Positions 11,433 through 24,950 of a stretch of 64,000 nucleotides of DNA are shown here, piece after piece; positions within the stretch are counted from its first letter, which is position 1, and every line of letters starts with the position of its first letter. The position numbers and the translations under genes were made by a program. The notes under the pieces were generated by a model that saw nothing but the letters and a program-made list of their open reading frames with translations, searched no databases and had not been told where the DNA came from. This stretch comes from Chiloscyllium plagiosum. Its lineage: Eukaryota. The stretch is taken from positions 28,111,780 through 28,175,779 of the forward strand of contig NC_057718.1 of the NCBI RefSeq assembly GCF_004010195.1, read 5' to 3'.

Positions 11433-11635
11433 AGGTAAAATTGCCACAGTCTTATCAGATCGTAGGGCTGCTCTCTCTATATATAAAGAGAGAGATGGCT
11501 GGTAGAGATTTAACCTGAGGGTCACCACACCACAGACAAGGGGAGAGGTTAAGAGGGAGAATCCTTCATGGTGACCTCAGTTGGTGCAGCAATTGAACCC
11601 ATACCATTGGCTTCACTCTGCACCACAAACCAACC
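11433..11635 (-). mobile_element. tRNA-derived SINE (same family as 2450-2660)
   Basis: Reverse-complement similarity (tttaacctgagggtcaccac, ttcatggtgacctcag, aattgaaccc). Confidence 0.6.
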
Positions 11636-12339
11636 CCCACTATTTCTTATATCCTAATGTTAGCTGAGGTGGGATGGAAGCATTGTGCCTGCAACATTCT
11701 GACCACTTTTGTGAAGTTGAATTTGTTAAAACAAGTTGAAACATATTGTCTTCTCGCAAATTGGCAGCAGGACACCTTGCAACAGGGTTCCATAACGATG
11801 CACACAGAGGAGTGGAAATACTTCACTCATTTGAAAACAAACTGCAATGTACAAGCTTAAATGAAAGCTCTCTTTAATGTTTACAATGTTAACTCTATGC
11901 TTTGATTCTACATGTTGACCTGTGCTACTGAATCAAACCTCCCTATATTAACTCAATGAAAAACAGTATAACAGTTGGAATACAAGCGCTTTTCATTTCA
12001 TTAAAAGAATAGGAACCACTTTCTCATAATTTAGTGACCACATTCATAGGCAGCATAATGTTCCAAACCAAAACAAATCATCACAAGTTCATTAAAAGCA
12101 TAGAAAGATAAAATATATTAATGAGACCGCAGTTAGAATAAAAGATCTTTTATTTGTGCATCACAGTATGATGCAACCCAAAACAGAACAATGAGGAAAT
12201 ACTTACACAAACTGCAATTTAAATTAAGTTTAAATAGTCTCGTAGGTAGGTATTGTGAAAAGAAAATATCCTCATTCCAGACATCAATTCTGCTGTCTCT
12301 TCAAATTGATCCTTTTCGAGAAATAGATCACTTAACAGG

Positions 12340-12507
12340 AAGAAAGTGAGGACTGCAGGTGCTGGAGATCAGAGTCGAGAGTGTGGGGCTGGAAAAGCAC
12401 AGCAGGTCAGGCACCATCCTGATGTAGAACTTATGTCCGAAACGTTGATTCTCCTGCTCCTCGGATGCTGCTTGACCTGCTGTGCTTTTCCAGCACCACA
12501 CTCTCAA
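12340..12507. mobile_element. Fold-back PLE-derived mini-element
   Basis: 'gctggaaaagcacagcaggtca' ... 'tgacctgctgtgcttttccagc' inverted arms; short flanking repeat cacttaa. Confidence 0.8.
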
Positions 12508-12557
12508 CACTTAAAGAATAAATTATATTAATTTATATTTGCATTTTATATCTCCAG

Positions 12558-14500
12558 TCCATAAGACAATAAGACCTTAAGACGTAGGAGCAGAATTAGG
12601 CCATTTATAGAGTCATCGAGATGTATAGCAGGGAAACAGACCCTTTGATCCAACTCATTCATGCCAACCAGAAATCCTAAATAAATCTAGTCCCATTTGC
12701 CAGCATCTGGCCCATATCCCTCTAAACCCTTCTTATCCATATACCCATCTAGATGCCTTTTAAATGCTGTAATTGTGTCAGCCCCCACCACTTCCTCTGG
12801 CAGCTCATTCCATACACACACCACTTTCTGCATGAAACAGTTGCCCCTTAGGTCCCTACTAAATCTTTCTCCTGTCATCTTAAACCTATGTCCTCTAGTG
12901 TTGGATTCCCCCACCCCAGCGAAAAGACCTGATAGAGGCTGCTCTACCATTTGATCATGGCTGATAGGTTTCTCAATTCCACTCTCCTGCCTTCTGTCTG
13001 TAACCCTTGATCCTTTTACTAATGAAGAACCTGTCTATCTCTGTCTTAAAGACACTCAATGATTTGACCTCCACAGCTTTCTGCAGCAATGAATTCCACA
13101 GAATTACCACCCTCTGCCTAAAGAAATTCCTCATTATCTCAGTTCTAAAGAGTCATCCCTTCATTCTGAGGCTGTGCCCTTGGGTTCTAGTCTCTATTAG
13201 CAGTGGAAACATCTTCTCCATGTCCACTCTATCCAGGCCTCTCGGTATTCTATATGTTTCAATCCGATCCCCTTTCATCTTTCTGTACTCCATCGGGTTC
13301 AGACCTAGAGTTCTCAACTGCTCCTCATATGACAAGCCCTTCTCATAAACCTCTTCTCGACCCACTCAAATACCAGCACACACTTCTTGAGATAAGAATC
13401 CCAACATTACTCACAATATTTCAAATGTGGTCTAACCAGGGCGTTATGCAGCCTCTGCTGTACATCTCTGCTCCTGTATTCTTGTCATCTTGAAATGAAC
13501 GCTAACTGCCAACTGACCCTGCATGTTAATCTTTAGAGAATCCTGAACTAGGATTCCTAAATCCATTTATGCTTCAGATTTCCGAAGCCTTTCCCCATGT
13601 AGAAATTAGTCTACACCTCCTACCAAAGGGCATAACCTCACACTTTCCCACACTATATTCCATCTGCCAGTTCTTTGCCCACTCTCCGAACCTGTCCATG
13701 TCCTTCTGCAGCCTCCTCAATTCTACAATGTAGCAACATTTGGTTCTTCCGTCCAGATTGTTTATATGTGATGTGAATATTTGTGGTCCCAACACTGACC
13801 CCTGTGGAAATCAACTGTCACCAGGTTGACATCTTGATAAATACCCCTTTATCCCTACTCTCTGTTTTCTGCCAGTCAATCCTTGATCCATGCCAGGAAC
13901 TTGTCCCTTACACTATGGCCTCTCGACTTGTTTCATAGGTTCCTGTGCAGTACCTTATCAAAGGCCTTCTGGAAATCCATATGGACCACATCCACTGCCT
14001 CCCCTTTGTCTAACTTCCTCGAAGAATTCTAATGGATTTGTCAGGCATGACCTCCCCTTGATGAAGCAGTGCTAATTCAGTCCTATTTTACCATGCACTT
14101 CCAAGTTCTCCACAATCTCATCCCTAATTATACTATAAAAGCTTACCAACAACAGAAGTCAGGCTATCCAGCCTTTAATTTCCTGCCTTCTGCTTCCCAC
14201 CCTTTTTAAGCAGGGATATTACACTTGCCATTTTTCAATTCTCTAGGACCTTCCCTGGCTCCAGTGATTCCTGAAAGATCACCCCCAATGCCTCCACAAT
14301 CGCTTCAGCTACCTCCTTTGGAACTCTGGTCCATCTGGTCCATGTGAATTATCCATTTTCGCACCTTTAGACTTTTCCAGCACCTTCTCCAATGGGATAG
14401 CTACTAAACTCACCTCTGCTCCCGGCTCTCTTGAAGTTCTAGTGTGCGACTGGAATCTTACACTATGAAAATTAATGCAAAGTATCTCTTCAGATCCCCT
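12558..14500 (-). mobile_element. CR1 LINE (older) with a younger CR1/HER1 3' fragment nested at ~12607-12930
   Basis: Minus-strand peptides GLSYEEQLRTLGL, RLQKDMDRFGEWAKNWQMEY, TRGHRFKM, NELPEEVV; two CR1 tails. Confidence 0.85.
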
Positions 14501-14619
14501 AGTGGTAACCATTATCAATTATCATAAAAGCTAACCTGATTCAGTAATGCCCTTGAAAAGCTGTTGTCCTTACCTGGTCTGGCCTACATGTAACTTAAGA
14601 CCTACAGCAATAGGGTGTC

Positions 14620-16700
14620 TACCACAGGATGCATTAGCCAGGGCTAAATGATCCTACAGATCAAAGCTCTGCAGTTCTGTCACATCTAGTTGTGAATGGT
14701 AGTGAACAATTATACAAACAGGAGGAACAAGCTCCACAAATATCCCCTTCCTCAATGTTGGGAAAGCACAGCACTTCAGTGCAAATGGCAAAGCTGAAAC
14801 ATTTACAATAACCTTCAGCCAGAAGTGCTGAGTGAATGATCCACTTTAGTCTCCTCCTGAGGTCCTACCATCACAGATACCAGTCTTCAACCAATGCAAT
14901 TCACTCCATGAACAATTGAGAAATTGTTGATGACACTGGTTAATGCAAAGTTTTTGGGTCCTGACAATAATTTGAAAATAGTACTGAAGACTTGCTCCAT
15001 GCCTCTAAGCCAAGCCGTTTCTGTACAGCTACAATACTGGTATTACGAGCAAGCTGGACAATGGGGACCCAGTGGATGTGGTGTACCTAGATTTCCAAAA
15101 GGCCTTTGACAAGATGCTGCACAAGAGACTGCTGCATACGATAAAGATGCATGGCGTTACGGGTAACGTATTAGCATGGATAGAGGATTGGTTAACTAAC
15201 TGCAAGCAAAGAATGGGAATGAATGAGTGTAATTCTGGTTGGCGATCAGAGACTAGTGCTGTGCCTCAGGGATCAATGTTGTTTATATAGATGATTTGTG
15301 TTTGGGGACCACGTGTAGTGTGAAAGTTTGCAGATGACATTAAGCTGAGTGGCAGAGCAAAGTGTGCAGAGGGCTATGAAACTTTGCAGAGGAACATAGA
15401 GACTTTGAATGGGCAAACGTCTGGCAGCTGGAATACAATGATAATAAATGTGACGTCATCCATTTTGGTAGGAGTAACAGTAAAAAGGACTATTACTTTT
15501 TGGTAGGAGTAACAGTAAAAAGGACTATTACTTGAATGGTAAAAAGTTGCGGCATGCTGCTATGCAGAGGGACCTGGGTGTCCTTCTGCATTAATCACAG
15601 AAGATTGGTTTGCAGGTACAACAGATAATTAGGAAGGCAAATGGAATGTTGTCCTTCATTGCTAAAGGGATTGAGTTTAAAAGCAGGGGGGTTATGTTGC
15701 AGCTGTATAGGATGCTGGTGAGGCCACACCTGGATTACTATGTACAGTTTTGGTTTCCTTACTTGACAAAGGATGTATTGGCACTCGAAGGGATGCAGTG
15801 GAGGTTCACTAGGTTGATTGCGAGTTGAGAGGATTATCTTATGAGGAGAGACTGGGTAGACTGGAATTATATTCATTGGAATTTAAAAGAACGAGGGGGA
15901 TCTTATAGAAACACATAAAATTATGAAGGGAATAGATAAGATAGAAGTAGAGAGGATGTTTCCACTGGCGGGTGGGGGGAGCAGATTTAGGATTGATTTG
16001 AGAATTCTTCACACAGAGGGTTGTGAATCTATGGAATTCCCAGCCCAATGAAGTAGTTGATGCTTTTTAAAGCTGAGATAGATTTTTTTGAACAGAAAAG
16101 GAATTAAGGAATATGGTGAGAGTGCGGGTAAGTGATACTGAGGCCATGAAAAGATCAGCCATGATCTTAATGAATGGTGGAACAGGCTCGAAGGGCCAGA
16201 CGGCCTACTCCTGCTCCTAGTTCTTATCATCTTATGTCCTTACCTGAATGGCAACTTAGAAAATTGCCTGGACATTTCTTGCAAAGGAATAATCTGCTCA
16301 CTGATGCTCAGTTTTGGCTCCTGACCTCAATACATTCTTGGTCCAAACAATTTTAGAGGAAACTGGGTAGTGACTACCACTAACACCAAGGCTGTATTTG
16401 GCTGAGTGCAGCATCAAAGAGCTCAAGCAAAACTAGAATCAATGGGTATTGCAGGAAAGGTCTACAATGATTGGACTCATGCATGGCATATATGGAGATA
16501 GTTGTGGTTGTTGGAGGTCAGTCCAGGACATCTCTGCAGGAGTTCCTCAGGGTAGTGTCCTAGGCCCTACCATCTTCAGCAGCTTCATCAATGACCTTCC
16601 TTCCGTCATAAGGTCAGAAGTGGAGATGTTCACTCTTGATTGTGCAATGTTCAGCATCATTTGTAATTCCTCAGATACAACAGCAATCCGGGACCAGAGA
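14620..16700 (+). mobile_element. LINE RT fragment (second family) interrupted by CR1 15050-16230
   Basis: ORF 16449..16736 'SAGVPQGSVLGPTIFSSFINDLP'; LINE text on both sides of the CR1. Confidence 0.65.
15050..16230 (+). mobile_element. CR1 LINE, RT to 3' tail
   Basis: DVVYLDFQKAFDK, VPQGS, KFADD (aagtttgcagatgac ~15324), LVRPHLDY; internal 35-bp tandem duplication 15463-15532. Confidence 0.9.
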
Positions 16701-17039
16701 ATTTATACCTGGGTTGGTGTAGACACAATGGGCTGAATGGCTTCTTTTCACACTGTAGGGATTCTTCGATTCCTCCTCTTTATCAACTTCACAGTGTTGT
16801 GAGGTCTTGAATTGTTCTTCCTGAGGGATTTCTCCTTACTTATGATGAAACCACTGCTCATGCCAAACTGAGTGTGGAACTAGGACCTAAGTTGAATGGC
16901 CTGCTGCAGGATCCCAATGTCTATCTGATGTAGAATTATCAATTCACCACTGACTGCTACAGGTGGCAAGCATATTGGGCAAAACTGCCTTTGAGGACTG
17001 TTCCAATACACTTCTGGTTAGTTTTCATAAACGTAAGCT

Positions 17040-17790
17040 CATCTAAAGCTTTACTGTTTAAATCCTAACTCTTACCAAGTCCTGCTCATCCATTACCTCT
17101 GTGCACATTGATCTGGCTCCTGCCTACATTTTAAATTCTCAATCCTATTTTCAGATTTCTCCATGTTCTTATCCCTCCTTAACTCTGTAACCTCGTCCAG
17201 CAATACAACCCACCAAAATGTCTGCATTCCTCCAATTCTGGCCTATTGAGCACCCACAATTTGGGTGGCACGGTGGTTGGCACTGCTGCCTCACAATGCT
17301 AGGGACCCAAGTTCAATTCTAGCCTTGAGAAACTGTCTGTGCAGAGTTTGCATCTTCTCCCAGTGTTTGTGTGAGCTCCTCTGGGTGCTCCAGTTTCATT
17401 CTACAACCCAGAGTTGTGCAGGTTAGGTGGGTTGACCATGCTAAACTGTTCCATAGGGTGGGAAGTGGGTGTGGGTGGGATGCTCTTCAGAGGGCCAGTA
17501 CAGACTTGATGAATTGAATGGCCTTTACCTGCACTGTGGGGATTCTAACTTTAATTAGGTCACTATTGGTGGCTTTGTCTTCAATTGCCAAGGCTCTAAG
17601 CTTTGTTATTCTTTTGTTTCTCTTTTCCTTAATGATGCTTCTTAGAACCTACAAGTTTGACAGATGTTTGATAATTTGCCATGATATCTCTTTATGTGAT
17701 TAATTGTCAAATATTGCTTTATGTTGCTCCTGTGAAGCCTCTCAAAATGTTTACTACCTTAAAGGTGCTATATAAATGCAAATTATTATT
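17040..17790 (+). mobile_element. L2-type LINE 3' end with nested HE1 SINE (17263-17548)
   Basis: 'ttttaaattctcaatcct', 'ctctgtaacctcgtccagc', tail 'ttaaaggtgctatataaatgcaa'; HE1 head gggtggcacggtgg at 17263. Confidence 0.7.
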
Positions 17791-18285
17791 TTCCTTCATT
17801 TAAAATCATACATGAGGAAACAGATCAAAAAATTTTGTAAAATTATAATGAAACTAGAGCTTTATTTATTTATTTGGCGGATGAGCATTTAATGCCCATC
17901 CCTAATTGCCCAGAGGGCAGTTAAGAATCAACCATGTTGTCATTGGTGAGGGCTTCTACATTGATGTCTCCTTGAAATCCAATACAATCTTCTGTAAAAT
18001 ACTTGAAATTTACATTCTTTATTGTCATGAATGTTAAATTAAAATATTATATATTTTACATTTAAAGCTGACATTGGAGTCTTACAGCATGGCTCCCAGA
18101 AGCCACATTTTTCATCTCATAAATTCAACTGGTGGTGGAACCTGACTGCATTTCTCTCAGCAGAATGACAAGAGGCCTTTTGAAACCCAATGAGCATTTC
18201 CAAGGGTAAAGAGAAACTCATTGACAACGGCTTCCTCAGAGCTCTGAACATCTCTTATCTCAGCAAAAGGCCTGACAGATTAAGA

Positions 18286-18355
18286 TTTGGGGATGCCAGT
18301 GCTGGACTGGGGTGTACAAAGTGATAAGACTATAAACCTGGTGTTGCATGATTTT
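18286..18355. mobile_element. 70-bp minimal PLE-end insertion
   Basis: 13-bp TSD tgacagattaaga (18273-18285 / 18356-18368); content matches two pieces of the 10021-10243 family in opposite orientations. Confidence 0.75.
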
Positions 18356-19436
18356 TGACAGATTAAGAGCCACCAAAGCTGAGACAGTTACAAAGTTAAT
18401 TACCTTACCTACAAGATAAAGGATGGGTCAGTGCTCCAAACCTGGCATTAACCAGACCCCAAAACAAAAGAATGATTTGACAGTATGGGATAGCAGCTTA
18501 TTTTTAAACTTTGAAACTGTGTAAAACAACTAGTTTGAGGAGAAGCAATAAGCACACCTTCTCAACAGGCTCCTCCAAAATTGCTGTTCCATTAAAGTGA
18601 CATAAAGGAGCCTTTGCTCACTACCTTTCTGCTCAGTTTGCCTGGTCTGATTTTCATTTTCACATGTAACCTTTTTGCCTTACTTCAAATCTTTGCATCT
18701 GCACTGTAGCTAATAATTTTACCACTTCTTACTTACATAACTTGCAGCAATAGCTGAGCAATAAACTAACCTATAATCTCGGATAAAGCATGAAGCTGTG
18801 CTGCTGGTAATTTTCAAATTGAAACGCTCAGAATCTAAAAGGGAGCTACAAATGAACATATTAAATTTCTTATTTCATGGACCACTCCTGAAGACACAGC
18901 TGATACAGATATTCATCATTTCACAAGAAACAGCAGACTGAATACCTCCCCCCCTCCCCCCGGTGAAGATTAACATGTCAGCAATAACAAGTGAAACTTC
19001 AGCGCAGCCAATGGTTCTGGGATCATGGTGAATGTCATATTACTGACAATTCAATGCTTATAATGTTATGCTTTGGGAATTAATGCATTCTCATCAATCT
19101 GTTTAGCTGCATTATGACATATCACCGGAGCAGGTGGGATTTGAACCCAGGCACCTGACTCAGAAATATGGACATTACCTCCACACCACAAATGTCTTTC
19201 TTTAGGAATTTCTTTGAATACCTGGAAATGCTAGTTCATACAACTGAATAGCTTTACCCACCATCAAATCACTTGTGGCAATTTTCACCTATCAGCCATT
19301 ACCCATTAAATCACTCGTTTTTCCACTTGTTCAATTAATGTACCATGCCCATTCATGGGTGTTAATCACAGTGTAAGCATAGTTAGCACTCACCCACATC
19401 TTTATATGACTGTAATGTCGACTGAATTCTCTCCTT

Positions 19437-20715
19437 TGATTTGATTTAATTTATTATTGTAACATGTACCACAATATAATGAAAAGTAATGTTTTGCCCG
19501 CTAATTTGACCAATCCTACCTTGCATGTGTACAACAGAGTAATAAAACAGAATGCAGAATATAGTGTTACAGCCACAGAGAAGATGATGAGAAAGATCAA
19601 CTCTAATGTATGAGAAGCCCACTCAGAAGTCTGATAACAGTGGGGAAGAAGCTGTTCTTTAAATCTGTTGCGATGTGTTTTCAAATGTTTGTGTATTTTA
19701 CCCGAAGGAAGAGGGTGCAAGGCGTATAACTGGGATGTGTCTTTGATTGGCCTCTTTCCCGAGGCAGCTGGAAGTGTAGACAGAGTCAATGGAAGGAAGG
19801 TTGGTTTTTGAGATGGACTGGGCTGCGTTCACAATTCTCTGTAATTTGTTGCAGTCTTGGGCAGGGCAGGTGCCATAGGATGCTTTATATGGTGCATCTA
19901 TGAACATTAGTAAAGGTCCTTGTGGACATGCTGAATTTCCTTCACCTCCTGAGGAAGTAGAGGCATTGGCGTGCTTTCTTGACTGTAGCATTGACAAGGG
20001 CAGACTAGGATAGATCATTGGTGATATTCACGCTGAGAAACTTGAAACTTTTGACTCTGTCTGCCTCAGCACCATTGATGCAAACAGGGGCGTGTGTTCC
20101 TCCCTGCCACTTTCTGAAGTCGATGAACAGTTCCTTCATTTGTTTGTCATTGAGGAAGAGATTATTGTCTTTCTACCATGCCACCAAGCTGTCTATCTCT
20201 TTCCTGTCATGTGTCTCATCATTGTCTGAGATCCAACCCACTCCGGCAGTGTCATCAGCAAATTTGTAAATGGAGTTGGAGCTGAATTTGGCCACACATT
20301 TCTGAGTGTACAAGGAATAGAGTACGGGCCTGAGTATGCAATCTTGCAGGACACCAGTGTTAAGGGCTATTGTGGAGGAGGTGTTCTCACCTTTCCTTAC
20401 TGATCGCAGTCTGTGGATCAGGAAGTTGAGGATCCAGTTGCAGAGGGGAAAGCAGAGTCTTAGGTCTTGGAGTTTGACGATGAGTTTTGTTGGAATTGTG
20501 ATGTTGAGGGGGGAGCTAAAGTCAGTAAGTAGGAGTTTGATGTAAGTGTCCTTGTTATCCAGATGTTCTAGTGATGACTATAGGATCAGGGAAATGGCAT
20601 CTGCTGTGGATCTATTGTGACGGTGGCGCACTGTAGCAGATAAATGTAATCTGGGAAGCTGGAGTTCATTTGAACCATTACTTCACTTGCGAAGCAGTTC
20701 ATCATGATGGATGTC
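19437..20715 (-). mobile_element. Rex1/Babar-type LINE, RT to 3' end
   Basis: Minus-strand motifs: IYKFADDT (~20250-20270), KKARQCLYFLRR (~19945-19980), CNKLQRIVNAAQSI; tail ttttcattat..ggtacatgttacaataataaa + (aatca)n. Confidence 0.8.
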
Positions 20716-21454
20716 AGATGCTAATTATGCTAATTATTAGGGTAGACTTAAATCAGTGAGCAACGCTGCAGTCTTTCAATGTTTTAACGTGCAGTGAATG
20801 TTTGTATTATTCATCACATTTGACGCACTGTTTATTATCAGCTACATCATCAGACTACCAAGAATAGTCCTTCCTCTCTGAATAGATCTTCAGGTAAACA
20901 GAAACCAATTATACTGACAAATTGTCAGTAATTTCATGTGTGTTTGCCAGCAGTTATTTTGACATTAGTCAGTCATCCATGTTGTGTACATTAAGCCATA
21001 GATTGTCAATATCTAGAAGGATTTCAAGCCCTCTGAGTTGACCAATTTTTCAATATATTTATTTTGCGGACTGTGAAGCCCTGAAGTTGTACAACACTGC
21101 TGTAATAAAGCTGTCAAGATATTGTGAATTTTGTTATGCAAAGTAACAATAAACAGCTGTATTATAAAAAATGAATTTCTACATGAAAGAAAGCTCCGTG
21201 CAATTAATGGGGCTTCATGCGGAGCCACAGCTCAGAGTCCGGCTGCCCGATTCACTTAGTGTCTGATTTTCCAAATTTTAATTCAAACAGGCTGAAGTAA
21301 TATGGCTGCACCTCATTTAAATTCTTCAATCACATTTTAAATGTACTGATCCCATATCTCATAGATTCAACACTCAGAGCATGAGTGTTGCCCAATAAAC
21401 AAAGCATATCAAAGTCAGTGGGTCTTCACTCAAACAGTCCTCTTAAGGAGAACA

Positions 21455-22020
21455 GGTGAATCAGATAAATGCGAAGTGCTGCATTTTGGGAAAGCAAACC
21501 TTAGCAGGACTTATACACTTAATTGTAATTATACACTCCTAGGGAGTGTTGCTGAACAAAGAGACCTTGGAGTGCCGGTTCATAGCTCCTTGAAAGTGGA
21601 GTCGCAGGTAGATAGGATAGTGAAGAAGGTGTTTGGTATGCTTTTCTTTATTGATCAGAGTATTGAGTACAGGAGTTGGGAGGTCATGTTCCGGCTGTAC
21701 AGGACATTAGTTAGGCCACTGTTGGAATATTGCAATTCTGGTCTCCTTCCTATTGGAAAGATGTTGTGAAACTTGAAAGGGTTCAGAAAAGATTTACAAA
21801 GATGTTGCCAGGATTGGAGGATTTGAGCTATAGGGAGAGGCTGAACAGGTACAATTGTAACATTTAAAAGGCATTTGGATGGGTATATGAATAGGAAGGG
21901 TTTGGAGGGATATGGGCCGGGTGCTGGCAGGTGGGACTAGATTGGGTTGGGATATCTGGTCGGCATGGACGGGTTGGACTGAAGGGTCTGTTTTCATGCT
22001 GTACATCTCTATGACTCTAA
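21455..22020 (+). mobile_element. CR1/HER1-type LINE 3' fragment with internal deletion
   Basis: LHFGKAN, EQRDLGV, LVRPLLEYC; tail 'gggttggactgaagggtctgttttcatgctgta'. Confidence 0.9.
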
Positions 22021-22109
22021 ATAATCTTTTCAGGGGTTTTTATATTGTTTCTGGATTTTACTGCATATGTAAATTCTTCTTGTTTTTTTCAGTCAACAAT
22101 TTTCTCATT

Positions 22110-22236
22110 ATTTTGAAGAAGGGTCACTGGACCTGAAATGTTAACTTTGATGTCTCTCCACAAATGCTGCCAGACTTGCTGGGTTTTTCCAGCAATTTCT
22201 GTTTTTGTTTCTGATTTCCTGAATCCACAGTTCTTT
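22110..22236 (+). mobile_element. PLE pLTR tail fragment (degenerate hammerhead)
   Basis: ttgaagaagggtcactggacctgaaatgttaac; homologous to 33200-33415. Confidence 0.7.
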
Positions 22237-23149
22237 CAACTTTCTCATTGTTTTTGGCTACCTTTAACTTTGAGCACAGGCCACATATGTTACAATTGTA
22301 ATTGTACTGTTGTAATGATAGTGTTAACCTATAGAGGTTATAGTTTAAATTAATATAATATTGATAGGAAAACCTAGGCCAGAACTGATGCTCTGATTTT
22401 GTACAGCTATCTTTCTTCTTGAAGAAAGATTACGAACTGTAAAATTAAGAAAATAAACTGAGGCAAAGCTAAACCTGCTAATTTAGAAGAATCATTTCAG
22501 AGAGGTGCATGAGCTCCGCTGGTCTTAATCAGAAGATTATTTTCACTAAAGCACTTTCTACTGCTATCCTCCACTGCCCCAGAACCTTTCCCTAAATCGT
22601 CTGAAAATGATGCTCATGTTCTGGTGTCCAGGTGCAGAACACAAATATTCTCCAATTAATGGGTGCCAGCTTGGGCCCAGGATGTTGGTCTTTTAACATC
22701 ACAGAGGGTGATAGATGATCAAAAGCAAGGGACAAGGCTAGAACACCTATTGTGTATTTTCCATCAGTAATTACCAAGGAAGAGGATTCTGATACTTCTG
22801 ATGTACTGGAGAGTCTATCTGTATTTTGAGCAGACAAATGGCAGGTTGTTAAAGAGGGTGTGAGGGGATTTGACAGAAGGGCTTGCTATGATTTTGTAAA
22901 CCTCTCTAGATACAGGGAAGAGGATTGGTAAGTGACATATGTGACACCTTGATTGAAGAAAGATTGTGTCTATGAGTGTATAGAAAAAGTCCTGAAGACT
23001 GTTTCGATCTCCGTAGATGCTGTCATATCTTTAAGTTTTCCAACACTTTCAGTTTTTATGTCAAATCTTCGGCATCTACAGTACTTTGCTTTTATTTGAG
23101 TGGGTAAGGGACATCTTTCTCCTGTGCTTATCCATGTAACCAATACCAT

Positions 23150-24950
23150 GGGTGGAACTCCATTCTGAAGTTAAAATATGGCATTGAGCATCACATGTGC
23201 CAATGTGCAAAGCAAGTTACCTCATATGTTTATCTGCTTCTCAACTCATTATCTACACAAGCAAGATGTGTGAGTTATTTGGCAAATTGTGTGGGGAATG
23301 AGCCAGGGGCTCTCTCCACTGGCTGAACTTTTTGAGATTGAAGGCTTGGCCCCATATTTAAAGGGTAGCTGGACCCTATTTTAGATCCTTCAAGCTAGAA
23401 GCTTCCCTTCAACCTCTGGTGATCATCTCCATAAGCTCAGAAATGCTTGTCAAGAAATCTAGATGGCTCTGAGGGTACCTTTTGCTGCCCTCCAGATACT
23501 GCTAGATGGGAGAGAAGGCCCATCCTCTTCCCAGGTAACCTCATCCGGCCGCCCTGCCATAGACCCTTCAAGCCTGGGCAGAGATCACAGCGCAAGCCAC
23601 TCTCTCTCGCCCGCCACCACAAAAGAGGCAACAAGAAGGGCCAGAAGAAAAGTCAATGAGCCTCATTGCTCTGCTCTCTGCCAACTCACACTCACAGGGG
23701 CACTCACTCTGCCATTGCACAGGCATCTTGCAATGTCTTGAGGTGATATATAAAGATTCTCAACCATTTAAGCAAAGGTCCATCAAGTTGGTTAAGCCAG
23801 ATTGGTACTGTTGCTGTGTCAATGGAGTGACCGCAGTGGAACATATCCCAGCAGGAAATTGCACTCTTCTCTTCTTGAACTTACATGAAGGCAAATGCAT
23901 TGCTCAATGTAAGCCACTGTGCATTTTTGCCAACTAATTCTTTGTCTTCTCTTCTCTTCTGTAGATACTAGAGGTGCCCAGCACTCTGCCCAAAGAAGGA
24001 GCTCAGAGCACCAGCACCACTCTGAGGAGAGGAGCAATGAAACCTTAGAGAATGTTTAAGCAGGCTCCATCTAATCAGAAAGTGCTCTCATCTTGGTGGG
24101 TACACCATCTAGATTAGACTCAGGGACAATTTGGTAAGACCATCACTGACACAAATCTAAAGCAGTCCGTACAGGAAGTATAACTGCAAGTCTCTCAGAG
24201 GATTGCTGGTGACCAGGCTACTGGTCAGGCCCACACAGCAGAGCCTGCAGACAGAGGCAGGAGTCTGTCAGTGCCAAAATTACACTGGAGGCTGGAACAA
24301 AAAAAAATGGAGGAGTCATCCTTGCTTCCATTACTGTGGTGTCTCCAGCAGGCAAGCACTTCTGCTGCCCGCATGGAAAAGCTGGAGATCCTGGTCCAGC
24401 GGATCAGGGTGGCTGCTGAGTATGAGCTCAGAGTTGCTCTCCATCACTCCTGCATTGGGTGCTCAGCATCAGTGGCAAGGCAGCCAGGGGAATGATGTAC
24501 CGTGACCTCCCTCTAGGTGTCCATCTTCTGAAGGAGACAGGATGGCGCCAATGGGCAGCCACGGTGAAGAACAATGACAGATGGGGAACAACATCTCAGG
24601 ACATTGCAGAAGCGTTCTGCATGCTCACCATACCACAATTGTTTTACTCCCAGCAGCTCTGGCTGAAGAGATCAGCTTGCTTTTGTGCAGGAGACTCTTA
24701 GTAGTAAAGAAGCTACACCTATCACTCCCCCCACCCCAAGGGAAGCCACCCTCAAGGTCACCAGGGCATAAAGCGGCAGTCAGCAGGTTCCCTCCATACC
24801 AGCCGTGGATTTTGGGATGGGGGTATCCAGAAGTAATGGAGGTAGAGAGGAAAAACAAACCTTCAGAAGGCACAGCGACAACACAGATGTTTAACTATTG
24901 TTAACCATTTGTAAAGATTGATTCACTTATACTTTCTAACATTTGTTGTA
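23150..24950 (+). mobile_element. Decayed PIF/Harbinger-type segment with Myb/SANT ORF remnant
   Basis: Peptide 'ERRPILFPGNLIRPP..QKKSQ/VN' (23447-23670) parallels 3500-3710; TIR-like gggtggaact at ~23150; right boundary uncertain. Confidence 0.4.
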
